From a virus (Duplodnaviria > Caudoviricetes), in IMG/VR virus record IMGVR_UViG_3300029288_000143, positions 1 to 64,000 of that record: a stretch of DNA of 64,000 nucleotides, one strand, 5' to 3'. Made by a program: the position numbers and the translations under genes. Position 1 is the stretch's first letter, and each line of letters begins with the position of its first letter. Shown in pieces: positions 29,581 to 38,193 of this stretch. The notes beneath the pieces were generated by a model. It did no database searches, was not told the DNA's origin, and saw only the letters and a program-made list of their open reading frames with translations.

Positions 29581-30129
29581 ATGGCCGATTATGCCCTGAC
29601 GGATCTCAGTTGGTACCGCTATCTGCAGGACGTCCAGGCTCCGGTTTCTTCTGCTTCGGCCAACGCCGAGGCTCAAGATGTTACCGTTCAGGTCGACCTG
29701 TCGGTTCTGGTTTCTTCTGCTTCGGCCAATGCCGAGGCCCAGAACGTCACGGTCACAGGTGGGGCACCGCCGGTTGTCAATCGTCGTGTCTTGGTCGCGA
29801 CGGCCTCGGCCAATTGGTCGGCGCAGAGCGTCACGGCAGTCGAGCAGGGCTACTGGGTCACGACCTTCTGGGCTGCGGTCCAGACCACCACGGACCTGGC
29901 CAGCATCGAGAACATCGCGTCCACGTCTCTACAGGGCGCAGGAGTTTTCAGCACCGACTTGGCGTCGTGGAGCAGCAGTACTGACCTTATGTCTGCCGCG
30001 GGCGACGACATCACGTTGACCTTGGGATTGCCGGCCAGAACTGATTTTTGGTCGTCAGCCCTGCACGAAACTGAGTTCCTCGGTTTGGCCATCAGGACCG
30101 ACTTCTTCTCCACCCCAACCCCGCTGTAA
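29581..30129 (+). CDS. fibre-associated protein with internal repeats
   Basis: VSSASANAEAQ.VTV twice plus a degenerate third copy. Confidence 0.65.
   Translation: MADYALTDLSWYRYLQDVQAPVSSASANAEAQDVTVQVDLSVLVSSASANAEAQNVTVTGGAPPVVNRRVLVATASANWSAQSVTAVEQGYWVTTFWAAVQTTTDLASIENIASTSLQGAGVFSTDLASWSSSTDLMSAAGDDITLTLGLPARTDFWSSALHETEFLGLAIRTDFFSTPTPL
29641..29760 (+). repeat. intragenic direct repeat (~50 bp, two copies)
   Basis: ggtttcttctgcttcggccaa(c/t)gccgaggc repeated. Confidence 0.8.
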
Positions 30130-30139
30130 AATGTGAAAC

Positions 30140-30493
30140 ATGGCCTATGCAACGTCCATCACGATGTATCGAAATCGCAACCACACCGTCAGGGTAACGG
30201 TGGACCTCACGACCTTGGTGTCGATCCAGAACGCCACCGTGCGGTTTTCAGTTCGGCGCGGGGCCGTGACGGAAAACGGCGCCATCGTGATCAACAAAAC
30301 AAATCTTCCCAGTATTGTGCTGGGTGCTGAAGTCATCTTGCCCGACACCGTCGAGTTCTACCTGCAGCCCAGCGATACCTCAGGGTTGACAGCAGGAAAT
30401 TACACGGCTGACGCGACCATCACGACGACGCTCGGTACCTTCCAACTCTTGGCGCCCTTGGCCCTGACGCTCATGGAGCCCGTGACACCGTAA
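30140..30493 (+). CDS. BppU N-terminal-like Ig domain protein
   Basis: ITMYRNRNH.V.VTV...ATVRFSVRR...L.PSDT.GL.AG.Y..D..IT. Confidence 0.6.
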   Translation: MAYATSITMYRNRNHTVRVTVDLTTLVSIQNATVRFSVRRGAVTENGAIVINKTNLPSIVLGAEVILPDTVEFYLQPSDTSGLTAGNYTADATITTTLGTFQLLAPLALTLMEPVTP

Positions 30494-31599
30494 TGGCCGA
30501 TTTCAACGATCTCGACCTGACGCAATACACCCCGGCAGAATCGGATGACATCCGCGAAGCCGATTTGGATTTGGTACTGCTCATGATGTCGAGTGACGCC
30601 GACGCGCCTGGGCAGATTAATATGGACAACATCACGACCGGAACCGATCTGGGGTCTGACATGGCTGTTTGGGCTACTCTGCGTAATCGAGTTTTGACCG
30701 ATGCCGTCAGCACGACCAACCGCGCCTGTCAATTCCTGGCGTTTGTTGATGAGCATTTGGTCACGACGGCCGGCTGGACTCGTGTCGGTAGTGGTGGCGG
30801 AACTGCCAGTGGTCTCTACGGATGGGGCGCCGCAAAGGTCCTGCCGGCCTTTGCGGCTTCCCCTGGGTTAATGAAAACCCTGGCCTGGGGCCTCTATCAG
30901 AACGCCAGTGGTGCTCAGGTACTGTTCAGCCTGTCAACCGCCTACTGTAAGATCCAACTGGCCCCTCAAGGCGGGTTTGCCGCCGGGGCGTCCGATGAAG
31001 ACACACTGCCAACGGCACCGGCCGAAAATCTCGTCCTGACTACCACCACGACTTACACGAATGTGGGCGCTAATCTCAATCAAGTGTTCACGTTTGCCTA
31101 TACTGCGGACCATAATTCATTTATATTTTTCGGCAAATTTGGCGCCGTCGACAACCTTGCGTATGCGATCGTGAAACTTGAGGATTACAAAACCGGCGAT
31201 ACCCGACCTTACTGGGCCTATTGCAATGCCAGGTCTGACGCCGATAATTGGTCATTACTGTTGATGTCATCCACGCCCATAACCGACAGCATGATCGGCT
31301 GGCACCCCACGACCGGCAAACAGGTCTACTCGATCTTGAACCCCGTGACCAACTCAGCCGATGTGTTTCTGAACATGCCGGTTGACCCAGTCAGCGGATA
31401 CCACCAAAAACTAGAATGTTTGCTGGGCTGTACGACCGCGGGCTCAATTCACTTGCGTGGCAAGATACCCGGAGTCTACCGAGTGTCCAGCGCCTTGGCA
31501 ACCGGCGACAAGCTCAGCCTGTCCGGCGGCGTGTATGAGCAGGTGGTGATCGGTGATTATGCGGTTCCGTGGATGAGTTCCGACGCGATGACGTGGTAA
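30493..31599 (+). CDS. virion structural protein
   Basis: TAATG coupling; beta-rich; fibre block. Confidence 0.65.
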   Translation: MADFNDLDLTQYTPAESDDIREADLDLVLLMMSSDADAPGQINMDNITTGTDLGSDMAVWATLRNRVLTDAVSTTNRACQFLAFVDEHLVTTAGWTRVGSGGGTASGLYGWGAAKVLPAFAASPGLMKTLAWGLYQNASGAQVLFSLSTAYCKIQLAPQGGFAAGASDEDTLPTAPAENLVLTTTTTYTNVGANLNQVFTFAYTADHNSFIFFGKFGAVDNLAYAIVKLEDYKTGDTRPYWAYCNARSDADNWSLLLMSSTPITDSMIGWHPTTGKQVYSILNPVTNSADVFLNMPVDPVSGYHQKLECLLGCTTAGSIHLRGKIPGVYRVSSALATGDKLSLSGGVYEQVVIGDYAVPWMSSDAMTW

Positions 31600-31603
31600 T
31601 ATC

Positions 31604-32347
31604 ATGACCAGATATTTAGTCTACCGAAATGCTGTTTATCGCATCGCTTCCATGCCGTTGCAAGTTTTGCAGTTGGGCCCTGGCCAGAAATTCGATCCTG
31701 ATTTCAAGACTTCCTGCACGCCTCCTTGGCAGGTTAACCCCTTCAATTACAAGCCGCTGTGCAGCAGCGGTAATCAACAACCGCTCTGGACCTCATCATA
31801 CGACTACGAGGCAAAAAGTACTGAATGGCTAAGGTACTGCGCTCGCGGCTATGAAGACGACATTGGGGAACAGGCCGTCATTTTTGAAGTGTCACCGTCT
31901 GCACGTGTGATGCATATTTTGAACGAAGACGACTTTGAAACAGCTTTAGGTCTATATCCTGGTGAGCCTTCCAACGACATGAAACGCATGGGAATGGGCC
32001 GACCTTTAGATTGGAACGCTGTCGCGCAGGAGTACGATGGATTTCATGTAGGGCGCGAAGCAATTTCTACTTCAGAACTTCGGGAGTGGAGCGTCGAATC
32101 GACCGTATGGTTTAACCCGAAAGTCTTGACGGTAAAGCAAATAGTTGACATCCAACATTACTGTGACGCCGCTGGACACGGTCGTAGTTTGTCCCCACAA
32201 GAGCGTAAAGACATCAAGCAACAAAAAGAACAAACAGAAGAGTCTTTCGGGGAAAAACTTGACCAGTGGCTCGAGCACAGGACTGGGCCACAACCACAGC
32301 CGCCCCATGACCAGTACAGGTTCCGTTACGAAATACCCCGGCCATAG
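31604..32347 (+). CDS. tagged protein, possible ADP-ribosyltransferase-like fold
   Basis: N-terminal tag YLVYRNAVYRIA; core KP..LWTS..W.RYC..LDW..V.QEYDGFH..WSVESTVWFN. Confidence 0.55.
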   Translation: MTRYLVYRNAVYRIASMPLQVLQLGPGQKFDPDFKTSCTPPWQVNPFNYKPLCSSGNQQPLWTSSYDYEAKSTEWLRYCARGYEDDIGEQAVIFEVSPSARVMHILNEDDFETALGLYPGEPSNDMKRMGMGRPLDWNAVAQEYDGFHVGREAISTSELREWSVESTVWFNPKVLTVKQIVDIQHYCDAAGHGRSLSPQERKDIKQQKEQTEESFGEKLDQWLEHRTGPQPQPPHDQYRFRYEIPRP

Positions 32348-32363
32348 CAGCAAGGAAAATTCA

Positions 32364-33420
32364 ATGCCGACAAAACTGCAATACCGTGGTCATGTTTACC
32401 GGCAAGCCAACCCCTGAATGGTGGGGACAGGACCAAGATCATCACTACACGCAGCCCGCAGATCCCGAGACTGAAATCCCGGTGGCAGATCTGCTGCGGG
32501 AATTCGACGAGATGATCGAGATCGCGTGCCGAGACGGCACCTGGAATGTTGATCCATATCTCTTCGGCATGGCCAATGGCATGATTTTCATGCGGTCAAT
32601 AGTCAGCGGCGAAGAACCTCAGTATTTGGAGGCGCCGGCCGAGTGGTCGGGCGAGTCCAGTGGGGTAGAGGCAGAATCGGATAAGCGTTCACTTGCGCGG
32701 GGTGAAACTACACGTTACGTTACCCGTGACTATCTTCGCCAATATGTAGAGTCTACCGGTGTCGATTTGGACGACATAAAGCGTCATTATGGCCTCGGAC
32801 AACATTCGGCCAGTGCCCAGTACCGACGGGGTTTTGTCGACGGGCAGGATTTCGGGCATGCTATTTTAGACGACGCGGCCCAACTTGAGCATGGTACCAC
32901 AGCACTACAACGTGATGTCGACCGATTAGGCTGGGACGGGGCCGTTGAGCACCAGCAAGATTTAGGCGACGCGGCCCAGCAACGTCTGGACCCCAATGCC
33001 ATCAGCAAAACCATGTGGCAAATGGGCGTGCGGGATGCCAAACTGCTCGGCCCAGGGCTTATAACAGTCGAAGAGGCGAAAGCTAGGGCGGCCAGAAGTG
33101 TCGCCAGCACTAAACAAGAAATATTGGCAACCCTGACCTCCAAGTTTAATTTCGGCGAACCCAACGAATTTGACACACAAATCAGCACCGAAGCGGCCTA
33201 CGCGCAGGAGCAGGACGCCATGGTGGCGTGGACAGCAGTCCGGCAGTACATCGATTCCGTGCTGCGGCAGCTCCTTCCCGTCACCACGACCGAAACAGAT
33301 TTCGGCATGGCCCAAACCATCCTTGGTCTCATTGAGGTGGCGTCACATGTCGGTCGTGTGCGTTGCCGATGCTCAGATCCTTGGCGACTGCATGTCGGCA
33401 TCACGACGCTCGCCAAATAG
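32364..33420 (+). CDS. tag mini-ORF (32364..32417) joined to a 344-aa ORF by a +1 shift at CCC-TGA, or a single-base error
   Basis: RBS AAGGA-ATG; MPTKLQYRGHVYRQANP-stop; +1 frame open from 32386 to 33420. Confidence 0.65.
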
Positions 33421-33442
33421 TCTGCCACACACCTGCTTTGCC

Positions 33443-33556
33443 ATGTCGTACTCCTCAGATCCAAACGATCGACTGAGAAATATTTTAGCAATAATTTTAT
33501 TGCTTTACCTAGTTTATTGGTTCTGGAGTTACTTCCCGAAGCACCAATCACGTTAA
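33443..33556 (+). CDS. small single-TM membrane peptide
   Basis: MSYSSDPNDRLRNILAIILLLYLVYWFWSYFPKHQSR. Confidence 0.5.
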   Translation: MSYSSDPNDRLRNILAIILLLYLVYWFWSYFPKHQSR

Positions 33557-33677
33557 TTTTGGGTATACGACGAGTACACGAAACAATTCGGGCAAGCAGA
33601 TCCCACGGCTCCGCTGGTCAAATACCTTCAGACTCTCAAATCGTTCGAGAAGTAACAACTGCAGCACACTTTTCCGC

Positions 33678-33706
33678 TTGACATTCCCACCGTTCCCTGC
33701 TATGTT
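33678..33706 (+). promoter_or_regulatory. sigma70-type promoter, leaderless transcript
   Basis: TTGACA-17-TATGTT, TGn extension, ATG 7 nt after the -10 box. Confidence 0.75.
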
Positions 33707-33712
33707 GCTAGT

Positions 33713-34186
33713 ATGCCAGCCAAATCCTACTACGCATTTGCCTTTGGCAAAGCCGATTTCGAAAACAATATTTTAGTTCCTCTGAGTGCTGCGTTCCGTC
33801 ATTTCTGCATGGCAGAATGGTGTAAAGCGCTCGGCACTACACACAAGTTTTTCGATCACTGGTCGGCAGAAGTCGACAATCTCACCGACACTTACCTGGA
33901 AGCTGTCGTGCAGCCAACGACGCTGCAGCCGGCTGGCAGAATTAAAGTTTATCTCCGCGTAGTTGCCCGGCTGCGCGATCAAGACGAGCACTTGCAGAAC
34001 CTGGCGTTCCAGCACTATTGCAAGTCATTTCCAGAACAGCATCCGAAAACTACACGGCTGCCCAAAGTCGTGATCGACGCATTCTGGCACGACATCCATC
34101 TCCGCACCAAAGCTGCACTCGTCGACACCCGGCAGACAGGGCGCATTTGGCTATTCGAGTCTGTTTTCAGCCCGATTTCCGCTTGA
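33713..34186 (+). CDS. helical protein, paralogue A (weakly DUF29-like)
   Basis: paralogous to 34218..34697. Confidence 0.75.
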   Translation: MPAKSYYAFAFGKADFENNILVPLSAAFRHFCMAEWCKALGTTHKFFDHWSAEVDNLTDTYLEAVVQPTTLQPAGRIKVYLRVVARLRDQDEHLQNLAFQHYCKSFPEQHPKTTRLPKVVIDAFWHDIHLRTKAALVDTRQTGRIWLFESVFSPISA

Positions 34187-34211
34187 CATTCCCACCGTTC
34201 TCTGCTACTCT
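34183..34211 (+). promoter_or_regulatory. sigma70-type promoter, leaderless (near copy of 33678)
   Basis: TTGACA-17-TACTCT, ATG 7 nt downstream. Confidence 0.75.
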
Positions 34212-34217
34212 GGCTAT

Positions 34218-34697
34218 ATGACTACTGTATGCCGTATTGGCTTCGCATTCTCAAAAACTGAACTCGAGAACCAGATGTTGGTCCCGCTGCGCGCCGCATT
34301 CCGCCACTATTGTTTGGTCGCGTGGTGTCGGCTACAGGGCACCACATATCAGTACTACGACCACTGGCAGGCGGAGGTTGTGAATCTTACTGCAGCGTTT
34401 TTCGATGCGCTGACGACGCCTTCAACACTTAAACCTGCCGGTAGAATTAGAGCATACGAGCACGTCGTCGCAGGAATCCGAGATAATACGATTGTGTTCG
34501 AGGAAGCAGCACGCGACCACTATTTGGACGCCTTTCCCGAGCAAGAAGACAAGATTAAGAACAAGCGTTTGGACAAAGCTACATTGGATAAATTCTGGAT
34601 TTTATTGAACGCGCGTGCGAAAAAGAACCTCGTCGCGAACAAACTCGTGGGCAAACGCTGGCAGTTCGAATCAGTTTTTGGTCCTATCGACGCTTAG
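34218..34697 (+). CDS. helical protein, paralogue B
   Basis: shared LVPL.AAFRH.C...WC...GTT....DHW.AEV.NLT, L.PAGRI, W.FESVF.PI.A. Confidence 0.75.
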   Translation: MTTVCRIGFAFSKTELENQMLVPLRAAFRHYCLVAWCRLQGTTYQYYDHWQAEVVNLTAAFFDALTTPSTLKPAGRIRAYEHVVAGIRDNTIVFEEAARDHYLDAFPEQEDKIKNKRLDKATLDKFWILLNARAKKNLVANKLVGKRWQFESVFGPIDA

Positions 34698-34802
34698 TTT
34701 CTTGCTAGCCGATTTTTCCTACCCTACAACCACGCCACTTTCCCACGTCTCCTGCATAAAAATGGCTCCGGCTGCCCTTTTCCCGTGACACAGCAGTAAA
34801 AG

Positions 34803-34820
34803 CACGTTATACTTTAGTAA
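34803..34820 (+). promoter_or_regulatory. candidate phage late promoter
   Basis: CACGTTA-tactt-TAGTAA. Confidence 0.5.
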
Positions 34821-34838
34821 CCACCGCGGTGATTCCCC

Positions 34839-36428
34839 GTGGTTACTACCAAAGGACGCCTCATGCTGTGGAATAAAGCCAAGTTTGATTTCGCCGTCAC
34901 GACGCTTAAATCCCATACTTCCATTGAAAGCGTCTGCGCCATTCTTTCCAAGAGGTGGAGAGAAACCATCTCACCAAACGCACTGCGCCGCGCGTTTCGC
35001 CGCGAAAAGCTCAAGCAGCCCCAGAGCTACTTGAAAAACGAAAAGTCCTTGGGACCTGAATGCCAGGGCAAGGTTGCGAAAAAGAATTTTGTTGTCTGGG
35101 ATGCCGGCGTAATCAAAACTACAATCGAAGTGTTGAAGCGCCACGGCACATTGGCACCGGCTTGTGCGGAATTAGCCGAATTGTTCAAGCTACCGGTGAA
35201 CAAATACTCCATGGCGCGGGGCTTCCAGCGCCTGGGGCTAAAGCCTCCAGCGAGTTTCTTAGATCCGCACAAAAACATTGAAGCTCGGCACGAACAAGCC
35301 CGCCGAGCCGGAAATGCGTTCGCCCGAAACGTCGAGGCGAAGAAACTGGGGACCAGAGCGGGGATCGGGAAGATTGAGATGCCGGAGTGGACCCTTGGTG
35401 AAGACGAAGAAGGCCGAGCGGTTAAGCCGCCAAAAATTGGCTTAAACCTAGACGAAGGGCAACGCCGATTATTCCTAAGCACAGTACAACGAGGGCCTAG
35501 AACGATCAATGAACTAGCAGACCAGTTTGACGTTTCGCCCAAAACCATTAGAAGTATTTTTGAATCACTACAAGGTCAAGGGTATACACTAGCCCTAGAG
35601 CACGATCAGGTTATAAGTTTTAACTCTAACGCAGAAAACAGCATAGAAAACGCGAAAGAAATTCCAGACTACGCCGGAGAGGACGGAGTTTTCTGTTTCG
35701 GCGCTGTGGCTGATACACATTTTGGCTCCAAATATTGTGACGAGCAAGCGTTTAAAGATTACGTTGATTACGCCTACTCACTAGGTGTTAGAACTATACT
35801 GCACGCAGGCGACTTGATGACTGGTTTGCTTAACCACCACGGTATGTCATACGAGGTAAAATTATTAGGTTTTGACGAGCAGGTAGAGCATACCCTCAAC
35901 TCTCTACCGCAGAGAGAAAGTCTATCTTATTGGTATATTATCGGGAACCACGAGCAAAATTCCTGGGCAAAATCAATAGGTTACTCGCCTGGACGCGCCT
36001 TAGAGCGCCGCGCCCGCGAGCTAGGACGCACCGATATACACTATATAGGTGATATACAAGGCAGAGTGGTATTCGGACAAGAAGAACAAGCTATTAAGGT
36101 CGAGCTGGCGCACCCCAAAGTCAGCGGAAGCACATATGCAATTTCATATCCGGTACAAAAATGGGTAGAACGCATGCCTGGAGGGGCAAAGCCGCATATA
36201 CTTTTGTCAGGCCATCTTCACAACTACTCTATCATAAATACACGAAATGTAGTTTGTATCCAGCCAGGGTGCTTTGAGCATTCCACTCCATACACTAAAG
36301 AAATGGGCTTGCACCCCGCCGTTGGAGGAGTTATTGTTTGGGCTAAGCGAGACGGCGTAAACTTATGGCTTCGTAGTGAGTGGGTAGCAACCCGCACCAA
36401 ACCTGTAGACTGGACCCAGATCGAATGA
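34839..36428 (+). CDS. HTH-fused calcineurin-like metallophosphoesterase
   Basis: ADTH, AGD, GNHE, AHP, SGHLH all intact; wHTH TINELADQFDVSPKTIRS upstream. Confidence 0.85.
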   Translation: MVTTKGRLMLWNKAKFDFAVTTLKSHTSIESVCAILSKRWRETISPNALRRAFRREKLKQPQSYLKNEKSLGPECQGKVAKKNFVVWDAGVIKTTIEVLKRHGTLAPACAELAELFKLPVNKYSMARGFQRLGLKPPASFLDPHKNIEARHEQARRAGNAFARNVEAKKLGTRAGIGKIEMPEWTLGEDEEGRAVKPPKIGLNLDEGQRRLFLSTVQRGPRTINELADQFDVSPKTIRSIFESLQGQGYTLALEHDQVISFNSNAENSIENAKEIPDYAGEDGVFCFGAVADTHFGSKYCDEQAFKDYVDYAYSLGVRTILHAGDLMTGLLNHHGMSYEVKLLGFDEQVEHTLNSLPQRESLSYWYIIGNHEQNSWAKSIGYSPGRALERRARELGRTDIHYIGDIQGRVVFGQEEQAIKVELAHPKVSGSTYAISYPVQKWVERMPGGAKPHILLSGHLHNYSIINTRNVVCIQPGCFEHSTPYTKEMGLHPAVGGVIVWAKRDGVNLWLRSEWVATRTKPVDWTQIE

Positions 36429-36442
36429 CTCGCGGGTGACTT

Positions 36443-37201
36443 ATGTTGCTTTCGGGCGTGTACAAGATTCAAAATACAGTTAATGGCAAACAGTACATAG
36501 GTAGTTCTGTGAATATACGAGAACGCTGGCAAGACCACGAAAGAAACCTGCGTGCCGGTACGCACGCTAACGCCAGGCTGCAACACGCCTGGAATAAATA
36601 TGGGGCAGACGCGTTTATATTTTCTATCATAGAGCTAGTCTCTCCAACCAAAGATGCTTTAATTGCACGCGAGCAAGCGTGGATAGATTTGCACAATACT
36701 GCTCATCGGGATGTTGGGTACAATATAAGTCCGACGGCAGGATCTTCTCTGGGCACCAAATTTTCTGCGGAAACTTGTGCGCGCATGAGTAAAGCACAAA
36801 AGGGCAAAGTGCTCACGGAAGAGCACAAAAGAAAGATAGGCGCAGCGGCAAAAGGCAGAAAAGCGTCGGACGAAACTAAAATAAAGATTGGAAACGGTAG
36901 TCGAGGCAGAAAGCACACAGAGGAATGTAAAGCTAGAATCGGAGCTGCGTCCGCTGCTTGGACACGTGGGCCTGTATCGGACGAGACGCGCGCCAAACAA
37001 AGTGTAACGCGAAGAGCGAAACGATTGGGACATGGCGCCTCTAATGGCAGGGCAAAATTAACAGAAGAACAAGTGATTGAGATCCGCAGACTTTACGCCA
37101 CACGCGAATACACCAACGTTCAAATAGCGCAGCTTTTTGGCGTGTGCAAATCCACCATAGGCAGGATAGTACAGGGTAAACACTGGATTTTTGTAGCTTA
37201 A
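36443..37201 (+). CDS. GIY-YIG homing endonuclease (Seg-like) with NUMOD3 repeats and C-terminal HTH
   Basis: SGVYKIQN..NGKQYIGSS..R; GYN; SAETCARMS, TEEHKRKIG, SDETKIKIG; AKLTEEQVIEIR. Confidence 0.9.
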   Translation: MLLSGVYKIQNTVNGKQYIGSSVNIRERWQDHERNLRAGTHANARLQHAWNKYGADAFIFSIIELVSPTKDALIAREQAWIDLHNTAHRDVGYNISPTAGSSLGTKFSAETCARMSKAQKGKVLTEEHKRKIGAAAKGRKASDETKIKIGNGSRGRKHTEECKARIGAASAAWTRGPVSDETRAKQSVTRRAKRLGHGASNGRAKLTEEQVIEIRRLYATREYTNVQIAQLFGVCKSTIGRIVQGKHWIFVA

Positions 37202-37351
37202 AATTGTGCGGTATTAATTAATGCACGCTGGCAAGATAAAGTATCGAATTCTTTCATTCATAATTTAAACTTTTATGCCTTCCTTTTGTGCTCCATGCCA
37301 GTAAATTTTGTAAAACAATAGGGAAGAATTTACCTGCTTCCACGGTAGACT

Positions 37352-37705
37352 ATGCTCGTCGACCTCCTCCACGACTTATTCCTAGATCTTGACGATATGG
37401 AATTTTTCCTTGACGCCTATTCCAATGACTACGAAGAGACGCTAGCTAAAATAGAACTATGTGAAACTACACGCGAATTAATTTATTTACTTCAGCGCTA
37501 TCCTGTTTTGGTCGTAGCGTGCATTGCACACCTCGAAGTAATTCTAGCGCGACCCTACGATGAAACCGCGCAAGATCTTCCTTGTCTTGTGCTCCTCCAT
37601 GTGCTATATAAAGTGCAGAGCGCAGCGCTGGAGCCTGCAGTAAAACTGTTTGTAGGAAAACAACACCGCCACGCTGACCGCTTTATCGCCGATCTCGGCT
37701 ATTGA
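37352..37705 (+). CDS. hypothetical protein
   Basis: 117-aa ORF. Confidence 0.65.
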   Translation: MLVDLLHDLFLDLDDMEFFLDAYSNDYEETLAKIELCETTRELIYLLQRYPVLVVACIAHLEVILARPYDETAQDLPCLVLLHVLYKVQSAALEPAVKLFVGKQHRHADRFIADLGY

Positions 37706-37712
37706 GGTAAAC

Positions 37713-38063
37713 TTGGATTTCATCAAGCTGGCAAACGAGATCGGCGAACTCGTACAAGAGAAGAACCAAGTCTACGGCGATTCGTTCGCGCGTGCTGGTG
37801 AAATTCTGAAAATTCTATACCCCAGGGGTATTGAACCTTCGCAGTACAGAGATGTCCTGGCTATCACGCGCATCCTGGACAAGTTGTTTCGCATCGCTAC
37901 AGCTCGTGATGCCCTGGGCGAATCCCCGTACCGAGATCTCATGGGCTACGCCCTCTTGGGTCTCGCGAACGCCGAAGCAAAACAAGAGACAACCACACCT
38001 GCGGAACAATTTAAACGCGACCTTGCCGACGTAAGACAGCAACGTAAAAAGCCCGCCATTTAG
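37713..38063 (+). CDS. DUF1599/nucleotide-modification-associated domain-like helical protein
   Basis: EKNQVYGDSF...RILDKLFRI...E...RDLMGYA; RBS GAGGT, TTG start. Confidence 0.65.
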   Translation: MDFIKLANEIGELVQEKNQVYGDSFARAGEILKILYPRGIEPSQYRDVLAITRILDKLFRIATARDALGESPYRDLMGYALLGLANAEAKQETTTPAEQFKRDLADVRQQRKKPAI

Positions 38064-38121
38064 CTGTTTTGACCACTTTTATACCTACCTGAAAAAATCG
38101 ACATTCCCGATTAATTTTTTC

Positions 38122-38150
38122 TTGACTTCATAAATAATCTGTTCTATAGT
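38122..38150 (+). promoter_or_regulatory. sigma70-type promoter
   Basis: TTGACT-17-TATAGT. Confidence 0.75.
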
Positions 38151-38193
38151 GACGTCATACACAATTCGCGCGCTTTTCTGCGCTTGGAGCATC

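Noticed and set aside
33549-33681. In-frame continuation after the TAA of the TM peptide, or an alternative TTG ORF, overlapping a CACGTTA half-site
   Set aside because: Both readings are short, have no RBS and conflict; they are probably remnants
37202-37351. AT-rich intergenic stretch as a replication origin
   Set aside because: No iterons or DnaA-box clusters seen; AT-richness alone is insufficient
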